A stretch of DNA of 64,000 bases from Candidatus Komeilibacteria bacterium. Lineage in GTDB: Bacteria > Patescibacteriota > Patescibacteriia > UBA1558. Location of the stretch: assembly GCA_048538275.1 (NCBI GenBank), contig JBLYPW010000002.1, positions 2,111 to 66,110 of the forward strand. Reading direction: 5' to 3'. This document shows positions 39,597 to 47,537 of this stretch, piece by piece (position 1 is the stretch's first letter; every line of letters begins with the position of its first letter). The translations under genes and the position numbers were made by a program. The notes under the pieces are model-generated. The model ran no database searches, was not told the DNA's origin, and saw only the letters and a list, made by a program, of their open reading frames with translations.

Positions 39597-42500
39597 TTAG
39601 CCAAAAAATTTAAAATCAACCCCCGGCGTTGGCAACCCCCGGCGTTGATTATAATAACAGCGATTATTATTGTATTTGCTGTGGTTTATTTTCTCCGAAC
39701 ACCCGGTGTTGTACAGGCAGAATGGTGGAATGATGGGTGGCATTATCGGCAGACAATTTCTTTAACAAATTCAGGTGCGGCACAAACCAATACGCAGGTA
39801 AAAATACTTAGTGCAGAAGACTTAAGTTCTTTAGTAACAGCTGGCAAGCTGCAATCCGACCTTGACGACCTTAGGTTTACTGATGTTAATGGTAATATTC
39901 TTAAACATTGGATAGAAGATTCTACTAATTCAAGTGTAGATATTTGGGCCTTTATAGATTCTGTATCAGCATCTGGCGCTACTATCTATATGTATTATGG
40001 CAATCCTTCTGCTAGTGCTGATATAGTTGCTTTAGGCACGGCTGCATATCCGGGGATATCTTGTAAATCTGTATTACTGAGTGGTATTACTGCGGATGGT
40101 ATATATTATATTGATCCTACCGGACAAGAAACTACAGATAAGCTTCAAGCTTACTGTGATATGAACACTAGTAGTGGTGGCTGGACTTTGATTTTTCAAA
40201 GAAGAGGTGGTGAGAGTTATAATAATGCAGAATCTTGTGGCTCAAATCTTAATTCTTTTTTAAGAGCTAGCTGCGGGTCATTAACCTCTTTAAACTATGG
40301 AGATTCATATAGTATGGATATAGATTATGCGCCGATTGCTAATGAATACATGTTTAGACAATATGATTCCAACATGACTTTTGATAGTGGCGATGCTTTT
40401 ATTATTAATTCTGACAATTTATTATTTCCTAATATTACCACTAGTTTAAGTAATATTGCTGTGAACGCAATTTGTGATTATAATAATGCGAACTGCGATA
40501 CTACGGATACTTATTTTAAATATACTGGCGCCGGATATTTTAGCAGTACGTATTGTAATAATGGTTATACTACAGGGTATGGAGGTAATTATGGATATTG
40601 TCAGAATGGCATTTCAACAACTTACTACTCAAATGGACTTTTTGGTAATAGATTGGCGTATGATGAAACAAAACTATGGGCACACAATAATGGATCTGAT
40701 GAGTATATGGAAAGGGTTTTTGTGCGTGAATCTACTATTTCAACCACTGGCCACACAGTTACAGCAAGCACCCCCTCCTCCGAAGAAAAAGGTCCTGGCC
40801 CGATAGCCTATTGGAAATTTGATGAAGGTTATGGAACTACTGCCTATGATAGTAGTAGCAATAATAACAACGGTTCTATTTCTGGTGCTGCATGGCAGAC
40901 GGAAGATATGTGTGTGACTGGAAAATGTTTATTATATAACGGTACAGAATATGTAGGTTCTTTTAGTGATAATTTAAGTATGGGGTCAGAAGATTTTACA
41001 GTTTCAGCTTGGTTTAAAACAAATAGTGTTGTCACTTATGGTCAGTGGATTGTTGGTAATAAAGGTACTAGCACTAGTAATGATACAGGCTTTGAGTTAA
41101 TAATGGAGGGTGGTAGGCCTGGTATTTTTATTGCAGATGGTTCTAATAATATTAAATATCAGACTGCCAATTCATATGCGGATAATACTTGGCATTTTAT
41201 AACTGCTACGGTTAGTAGGGGTAGTAGCATTAAGCTTTATGTGGATGGCAAATTTATTTCAGAAAGGAGTGAAACGTTAGCGGGTAGTATTAATGTAAGT
41301 TATGGTTTATCTGTTGGTTTAAGACCTGGCGGAGGAAGTGAATTTAATGGTTTCATCGACGAAGTTAAAATTTACCCCTACGCCCGCACCGCTACTCAAA
41401 TCAAAGCCGATTATTTAGCGGGCCAAGTTGGCGTTGCTGAGGGCACAACCGCTGGTTTTGGTTCAGCAACCACTGGCAAGTCTTTATCAGATGGTCTGGT
41501 TGGTTATTGGAAGATGGATGAGGCAAGTTGGAATGGAACATCTGGAGAAGTTATAGACAGCTCTGGTAGTGGTAATAATGGTACGGCAGGAAACGAAGCA
41601 TCAATAACAGGTGGAAAGTTTGGTAATGGAGGTACTTTTGATGGAAGTAATGATTATATATCAATACCTGACAGCTCAGCTGATTTGAGTGGTGATTTTT
41701 CTGTTTCTATGTGGGTTCATCCCAATGACAATAGTCAAAATCCAAGATGGTTTGGTCTTGTGGATGGGTCAAATACTTTAGCAGTGGGGTACATGGATGA
41801 TGATACAGTCTATTTTAGATTTGGTGGTGATTCTATAATAACTGATTCAACTCTAACTTACGGAAACTGGTATTATGTGACTTTTGTTTATCAATCCAAC
41901 GCAAAGCAAATATATATAAACGGAGAAATAATGAATACAAGTTCAGGAGGCATTACTGGTGATTCAACATTATCTGCTATAGGTGCAGGTTATGCAACAA
42001 CAAGCTACACTGCTGATGGAGAAATTGACGAAGTAAGATTATATGAACGTGCCCTATCAGCCAAAGAAGTTCGTGATTTATACAATTGGGCGCCCGGGCC
42101 AGTTGCCTATTATAATTTTGATGAAAAAACAGGCACCACGGCTTATGATAAATCAGGCAATGGAAATAATGGCACTTTAACCAATATGGATGCAGCAACG
42201 GACTGGGTATCTGGTAAATATGGCAGTGCTTTAGATTTTGATGGAGTTAATGATTATGTCAACATACCCGATCCTGGAGCAAATTCTGTATTTGATGTTA
42301 CGCAAAATCTTACAATTTCCATGTGGATGAATAAAGCGGTGGATAGCGCCCACGGTAATTTGATAGAAAAGGGAGGTTCTTGGTGGATTCATCACGATTC
42401 TGCTTTTGAAGGGTATGCTGGCAATGGCATTCAGGGCGATGCTTTTCATGGTATTCCAGAATGGAATTATGATTTAGCTGAGAATACTTGGTATTATGTG

Positions 42501-44798
42501 AGTTATACTTATAATGGTGTTATAGAGAGGGGGTATATTAATGGATTTCAGGTGTGGCAAAATAGTAGAACAGGCAGTATTACTTTGAATGATAACCCAA
42601 TACAATTAGGGTCGCGGAGCGGATCGGCTGAAAAATATCAAGGTAAATTAGATGAAGTTAAAATCTACAACTACGCTCGTACTCATAAGCAAATTGTTGA
42701 AGATATGAATGCTGGACATCCAGCTGGTGGTAGTCCAGTGGCTTCTCAGTTGGGATATTGGAAATTTGATGAAGGTTATGGTGACACAGCGTATGATAGT
42801 GGTTTTGGTGGGAATGATGGAACTATAACAGGGGCTAGTTGGAGTGATGAAGGTAAAAATAATAAAGGTATTTTAATTAACAGCACAGACAGTATTAATT
42901 GTGGCACTGATTCAGCATTTGCCTTTGGTGATAATGCGCATTCGTTTACGGCCTGGGTAAAGCCCTCAGCCCTAACTAGTGCCTATAATTATATTGTTGC
43001 GGTAGGTAATAATACTGATGGTAATCAATCCGGATTTGGTATTAGGAGCAATGGTAATTTATTTCATTCAGCTTATAGCGCGCCATTAGTTAATTTTAAC
43101 ACTACAATTAGTATAGGCGATTGGTCTCATTTAGCCTTAATTTATGAGAATGGTATAAGTTATGTTTATGTTGATGGTGTTTTAGCTGATAGTCAAAATA
43201 TAATTATGAATGTAACCACGGGTAAGTGCTATATTGGTACTCATACTGGCGGCACTTCTACGTTTAATGATGGAATTTTAGACGAAGTTAAAATATATAA
43301 TTACGCCCTGACAGCTGATGAAGTATTAATAGACATGAACCAAGGTGCAAGCTCTGTGATGGGTAATTTAGGCACAGACAGTTCTGGTAATCCGGATAAT
43401 TCAGCTAGTCGGGCTTATTGTGTACCGGGTGATACTAGTACTTGTGATCCGCCGGTGGCTGAATGGAAATTTGATGAAAAAACAGGTACTAGTACTTATG
43501 ATACATCTGAAAATAATTACACTGGTACTATAACCAATGCTACTTGGACTAGTGGTAAATTAGGAGGAGGATTAGGTTTTAATGGAACGAATGCATATGT
43601 GGATTGTTCAGATATTAATTCGCCTTCAAGTAGTTCAAAGATTTCTATAGGTGCTTGGGTTAAGTGGGATACATTGACTGGCCATAGGGCTATATTTACA
43701 GATGGAGGAGTCACACGAGGTATTGAATTTGGTTTGTATAATGATGAGCTTCACTTAGGTGTAGAGAATAATGATAGCCATAGAAGTATTGGCTATGCTA
43801 CCTCAAATTTAACTACTGATCGTTGGTATAATGTTGCAGCGGTTGCTGATGGACCGAATGGTGATATGTTTATTTACGTTGATGGAGTTTTAGTTGCATC
43901 AGATACAGCGCTAACTACTTTTACTGATTATAATGGAAGTAATGGCACTACTGTTGGAAATGCTGGGACGCAGTCTCCATCGGCAAATAATAATTCTGGA
44001 GTTCAGTCATATTTTCATTCAGGAGATATTGATAATGTTCGTATTTATGACTATGCTCGTACGCCCGCTCAAATTGCTTGGGATTTTAATAGAGGCGCGC
44101 CGGTGGGCTGGTGGAAATTTGATGAATGTGAAGGCTCTACAGTTTATGATTGGGCGCCATCTGGCGATGGTTATCGCGGAAATGACGGTACGATTACTAT
44201 TGGTGGCACCGGTACACAAACAGCCGTTGGTACTTGCGAAACATCAGGCACAGCTTGGTATAATGGCGCGAGCGGCCAGATTAATTCATCTTTAAATTTT
44301 GATGGGACGGATGATTATGTTGATGTGCCAGCCAGCGCTATAGTTCCAGGAAACGAAATAGCAATTGCTTTTTGGGAAAAGACACCAGCGGAGAAACAAA
44401 GCAGTATGATTTGGTTTGAGGATGCTAATGGAAGAGTGGTTAATATACATTTATTTTACAGTAATGGTAATACTTACTGGGATGCCGGCGTAGATAGCGG
44501 GGGCTATGATAGAATATACAAAAGTAACCCCAGTTTAGTATTGGGTCAGTGGAATCACTGGGTATTTACTAAAAATGCTGCTACGGGAATAATGAAGATA
44601 TACTTAAATGGAAAGGAATGGCATAGCGACACTGGTAAAAATAAACCTATTACAACACCCAATAGTTCTGGCAAAATTGGTTCTAGTAATACACTTTTTT
44701 ATGAAGGTAAATTAGATGATATGCGTATCTATAATTATGCTTTGACTGCCGAACAGATCCAGCAAGTCATGAACCACGGAGCTGTGTATTTTAAATAA
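39588..44798 (+). CDS. DUF2341 + fibrinogen-like + 6 LamG surface protein 7
   Basis: Leader MLKLAKKFKINPRRWQPPAL with REP-A at 39617/39633 and a variant at 39697; AYCDMNTSSGGWTLIFQRR; six LamG repeats. Confidence 0.85.
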   Translation: MLKLAKKFKINPRRWQPPALIIITAIIIVFAVVYFLRTPGVVQAEWWNDGWHYRQTISLTNSGAAQTNTQVKILSAEDLSSLVTAGKLQSDLDDLRFTDVNGNILKHWIEDSTNSSVDIWAFIDSVSASGATIYMYYGNPSASADIVALGTAAYPGISCKSVLLSGITADGIYYIDPTGQETTDKLQAYCDMNTSSGGWTLIFQRRGGESYNNAESCGSNLNSFLRASCGSLTSLNYGDSYSMDIDYAPIANEYMFRQYDSNMTFDSGDAFIINSDNLLFPNITTSLSNIAVNAICDYNNANCDTTDTYFKYTGAGYFSSTYCNNGYTTGYGGNYGYCQNGISTTYYSNGLFGNRLAYDETKLWAHNNGSDEYMERVFVRESTISTTGHTVTASTPSSEEKGPGPIAYWKFDEGYGTTAYDSSSNNNNGSISGAAWQTEDMCVTGKCLLYNGTEYVGSFSDNLSMGSEDFTVSAWFKTNSVVTYGQWIVGNKGTSTSNDTGFELIMEGGRPGIFIADGSNNIKYQTANSYADNTWHFITATVSRGSSIKLYVDGKFISERSETLAGSINVSYGLSVGLRPGGGSEFNGFIDEVKIYPYARTATQIKADYLAGQVGVAEGTTAGFGSATTGKSLSDGLVGYWKMDEASWNGTSGEVIDSSGSGNNGTAGNEASITGGKFGNGGTFDGSNDYISIPDSSADLSGDFSVSMWVHPNDNSQNPRWFGLVDGSNTLAVGYMDDDTVYFRFGGDSIITDSTLTYGNWYYVTFVYQSNAKQIYINGEIMNTSSGGITGDSTLSAIGAGYATTSYTADGEIDEVRLYERALSAKEVRDLYNWAPGPVAYYNFDEKTGTTAYDKSGNGNNGTLTNMDAATDWVSGKYGSALDFDGVNDYVNIPDPGANSVFDVTQNLTISMWMNKAVDSAHGNLIEKGGSWWIHHDSAFEGYAGNGIQGDAFHGIPEWNYDLAENTWYYVSYTYNGVIERGYINGFQVWQNSRTGSITLNDNPIQLGSRSGSAEKYQGKLDEVKIYNYARTHKQIVEDMNAGHPAGGSPVASQLGYWKFDEGYGDTAYDSGFGGNDGTITGASWSDEGKNNKGILINSTDSINCGTDSAFAFGDNAHSFTAWVKPSALTSAYNYIVAVGNNTDGNQSGFGIRSNGNLFHSAYSAPLVNFNTTISIGDWSHLALIYENGISYVYVDGVLADSQNIIMNVTTGKCYIGTHTGGTSTFNDGILDEVKIYNYALTADEVLIDMNQGASSVMGNLGTDSSGNPDNSASRAYCVPGDTSTCDPPVAEWKFDEKTGTSTYDTSENNYTGTITNATWTSGKLGGGLGFNGTNAYVDCSDINSPSSSSKISIGAWVKWDTLTGHRAIFTDGGVTRGIEFGLYNDELHLGVENNDSHRSIGYATSNLTTDRWYNVAAVADGPNGDMFIYVDGVLVASDTALTTFTDYNGSNGTTVGNAGTQSPSANNNSGVQSYFHSGDIDNVRIYDYARTPAQIAWDFNRGAPVGWWKFDECEGSTVYDWAPSGDGYRGNDGTITIGGTGTQTAVGTCETSGTAWYNGASGQINSSLNFDGTDDYVDVPASAIVPGNEIAIAFWEKTPAEKQSSMIWFEDANGRVVNIHLFYSNGNTYWDAGVDSGGYDRIYKSNPSLVLGQWNHWVFTKNAATGIMKIYLNGKEWHSDTGKNKPITTPNSSGKIGSSNTLFYEGKLDDMRIYNYALTAEQIQQVMNHGAVYFK

Positions 44799-44817
44799 TT
44801 ATTTAATAAGTAGGTGA

Positions 44818-44925
44818 TGAATCCTGTAAAGTAGCGAAGCTACTAACGGGATGAACCCTGTAAAGCAGTGAAGCTACTAACGGGGTGAACCCTGTAAAGT
44901 AGTGAAGCTACTAACAGGGTGAACC
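44818..44925. repeat. Three tandem 34-bp REP-C hairpin units
   Basis: tgaa(t/c)cctgtaaag(t/c)ag(c/t)gaagctactaac(g/a)gg.. x3; related to accccgtaaagtaacgaagttactaacggggt at 33404 and 39295. Confidence 0.85.
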
Positions 44926-44941
44926 ACGGCGCGGTTTCTTT

Positions 44942-45619
44942 TTAAAATTTATTATTAATATTATTTCTATCTTGCGCCCAATTTGCAGGATTATTTTTGA
45001 TATATTCCCTGATTCTATCTAAATCATTATCATCTCTAATAATGTGTTCGTAATAATTGGATTGCCAGGCAAACCCCTGTAAACCAATATCATGAATGCG
45101 TTTGGTACATGCCGATTTGAATGAACGAACAATATTACCCAACGACGTTTTATTTAACATGGGATTGTATTTTCCGGTAATGCCACCCGCCATTTTGGCA
45201 CCCACCGCCATTTTGGCACCCACCGCCGTTTTGGCACCCACCGCCATTTTGGCACCCACCGCCATTTTGGTACCCACCGCCGTAGAGACGCGATTAATCG
45301 CGTCTCTACGGCGGTGGGTTGGTTCATTCAAATCGGCATTAATGACAAATATGACATGAATATGGTTAGGCATGACCATATATTCATCCAATGAAATATT
45401 ATTAAAATGTTTATTCATATTTGATAAATTTTGTTTTATTATCTCACCGTATTTATTTAATATCATTTGATCATGAATTACCTGACCAAAATACTCAATT
45501 CTATTTTTAGTACAAATGGTCACAAAATAATTTCCCGGTTGAGAATAATCATAATCTAATATCCTATTGGATGTGAGCCTATATTTTTCTTGGTATAATT
45601 TTGGGTTATATTGGGGCAT
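44942..45619 (-). mobile_element. RAYT2: REP-associated HUH tyrosine transposase of a different subgroup
   Basis: YDYSQPGNYFVTICTKNR...MPNHIHVI (HUH)...WQSNYYEHIIRD...YIKNNPANW. Confidence 0.88.
45189..45319. repeat. Five 18-bp tandem units (45189..45278) overlapping a perfect 48-bp palindrome (45272..45319) inside RAYT2
   Basis: gccattttggcacccacc x5 (encoding AVGAKM-like hexapeptides); acccaccgccgtagagacgcgattaatcgcgtctctacggcggtgggt. Confidence 0.92.
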
Positions 45620-45655
45620 AATAAAAAAGGGTTAGTATTGAAACCGACCCTGTTT
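45620..45655 (-). promoter_or_regulatory. Conserved RAYT 5' hairpin with T-run before the RAYT2 ATG
   Basis: Minus strand reads aaacAGGGTcggtttcaatactaACCCTtttttatt-ATG. Confidence 0.55.
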
Positions 45656-45855
45656 ACCCCGTTTAACGTGGTTTGCCACATTTGATGAGGTTTGTCTATT
45701 GTGATTTATAGGTTTAGTTTATACTTTCAGTTATTTTTGTCAAAGCTTTTACTCGCCGGGGGTTGGAACATTATCCCCAGTTGAAGGTTTTATAAAATTG
45801 TTGTATAATACAGCTACAAATTGAGGGCTCAATTTATTATTAAAAAATTGTTAAT

Positions 45856-46398
45856 ATGACAGAAGATATCAAAAAACCGGATATGGCCGCTGCTTCTGGG
45901 CAGATGGAAAAGCCTAAGAAGAAAGCCGCCAAAGGTGGTATTGTAGCCAAGATTATAATGATCTTGATAGTGGTTGTTATTATTTTAGGCGGACTCTATT
46001 TTGTAGATAAATATACCAGTATTAATATCTTTGGTGTGCAATCAGCCGATGATAAAGTTACGGTAACCGATTGGCAGGCAGTATTTTTGAGCAATGGCCA
46101 AGTTTATTTTGGTAAAATAGTTAAACAAAATGATGATACATTAATATTACGTAATATTTATTATCTTCAGGTAGTACAACAGCCATTGCAAGCCACTCAA
46201 ACCGGCGAAGCTGTTGACACGCAAAATCAGCAACAGCAGAACCAATTATCTTTGGTAAAGCTAGGTAATGAATTGCACGGACCGCAAGATGAAATGCATA
46301 TTAATCCCAGTCAGGTTTTATTTACAGAACAGTTAAAGTCTGATTCCAAAGTAGTTGACGCTATCAATCGTTATTTGCAAGATCAGCAGAGCCAATAA
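45856..46398 (+). CDS. Conserved CPR-type membrane-anchored hypothetical protein (paralog of 10803..11312)
   Basis: TM helix, then WQAVFLSNGQVYFG...YYLQ...LVKLGNELHGPQDEM. Confidence 0.8.
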   Translation: MTEDIKKPDMAAASGQMEKPKKKAAKGGIVAKIIMILIVVVIILGGLYFVDKYTSINIFGVQSADDKVTVTDWQAVFLSNGQVYFGKIVKQNDDTLILRNIYYLQVVQQPLQATQTGEAVDTQNQQQQNQLSLVKLGNELHGPQDEMHINPSQVLFTEQLKSDSKVVDAINRYLQDQQSQ

Positions 46399-46415
46399 TA
46401 CGAATTTATAGATTT

Positions 46416-46451
46416 TTAAAACAACTCCTGCATAGGAGTTGTTTTAATTTT
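46416..46451 (+). terminator. Intrinsic terminator (probably bidirectional)
   Basis: ttaaaacaactcct-gcat-aggagttgttttaa directly after the stop codon. Confidence 0.75.
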
Positions 46452-46607
46452 AGGAAAGTTTATCACGAATATAGCAAATAATACCAATTATAGAAATAGA
46501 TAAAACTTATAATCTCTGATCACGGCGATTTCACGTATCATAATCATTGTGATTCGCACTATTTATAATCCTTATTAACCCCGTATGACGGGGTTCCATC
46601 CGCTCAC

Positions 46608-46848
46608 CATAACCCCTCTGTCACTTCGACTGAGTCATCATAACCACTCTGTCACTTTGACTAAGTCATCATAACTCATCTATCCCTTCGACCGAGTCAT
46701 CACACCCCCTCCGTCATCTCGACCGAGTCATCATACCCCCTCCGTCACTTCGACCGAGCGAAAGCGAGCGGAGAAGTCTCTCATCACGCGGCTACACTAT
46801 AGACTTCTCCGCTCGTCCGCACTGCGTTTGGACATCGGTCGAAGTGAC
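46608..46848 (-). repeat. Four and a bit 31-bp tandem units running into an inverted REPIN-B (46744..46848)
   Basis: cata(a/c)c....c.gtcacttcgaccgagtcat-like units at 46608, 46639, 46670, 46701 and 46732; 46744..46848 is the reverse complement of 39367..39471 with a few substitutions. Confidence 0.85.
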
Positions 46849-46899
46849 GGGTAAGTATATAATTAGTTTATTATTTGTGTATCATTAGTATTTTTTTTT

Positions 46900-46950
46900 A
46901 GTATAAAGTATAAAGTGCCACTTTACACTTTACACTTCTTAATATATAAT
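46900..46950 (+). promoter_or_regulatory. Candidate sigma70 promoter overlapped by an inverted repeat with 18-bp arms
   Basis: agtataaagtataaagtg-c-cactttacactttacact; TTTACA (46922)-17 nt-TATAAT (46945). Confidence 0.45.
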
Positions 46951-47055
46951 ATTCATAGGGTAGAGGACTGTGCATAAGTCTTAAACAAGGCTTTCTAAGC
47001 CTTTTCCCGAGAACTATATCTTTCCCCCAGCCGCTCGCGAGCGGCTGGGGCCCCC

Positions 47056-47289
47056 ATGCTTATGGCGAAAATAAAAATTGGACAATTAGCCAAAAGGGTT
47101 GGTTGCTTGCCGTCCACTATTCATTTTTATACGCAAGAGGGCCTACTAACAGTAGCTGGCACAACTCGTGGCGGCTATCGTTTGTATGAGGAGAAATATG
47201 CTTTAGATAGGATAGAGAGAATTCATAAGTTGAAAACCAAGCAGCGTTTAACATTAGCCGAGATAAAAAAAGTATTAAGGGTCAAATAA
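47056..47289 (+). CDS. MerR-family HTH DNA-binding protein (HTH only)
   Basis: KIGQLAKRVGCLPSTIHFYTQEGLL...TRGGYRLY...LTLAEIK. Confidence 0.85.
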   Translation: MLMAKIKIGQLAKRVGCLPSTIHFYTQEGLLTVAGTTRGGYRLYEEKYALDRIERIHKLKTKQRLTLAEIKKVLRVK

Positions 47290-47291
47290 AT

Positions 47292-47456
47292 ATGGTAAAT
47301 TATCGTAAATCATGGATAAGTCGCAATGGTACGGTGCGCCCGGACCGTCAAACTTTTCTTGCTCAGCGGCCTTCCCGAGTGGTCAATTATCCCTCTGATC
47401 ATCGTACAACTACGCCACCAAAGTTTGTTAAATTCATCCATAACTTATTGTTTTAA
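47292..47456 (+). CDS. Possible 54-aa hypothetical protein
   Basis: ATG 2 nt after the MerR stop; open to TAA (MVNYRKSW...FIHNLLF); no recognisable motif. Confidence 0.3.
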   Translation: MVNYRKSWISRNGTVRPDRQTFLAQRPSRVVNYPSDHRTTTPPKFVKFIHNLLF

Positions 47457-47537
47457 TAAAGCATTGATTAATTTGCCAAATTCGTACTTTTTGGCTAATA
47501 TATAAATTATCGTTTAAGATTTATTATTACCTTATAT

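Noticed and set aside
11412-44798. Diversity-generating retroelement acting on the lectin genes
   Set aside because: No reverse transcriptase in the window; the duplicated blocks do not show adenine-specific differences and lie at linkers, not at a C-terminal variable region.
46608-46758. CRISPR array (31-bp periodic repeats; also the 34-bp repeats at 44818)
   Set aside because: Units abut directly with no unique spacers, they derive from REP-type elements, and no cas genes are present.
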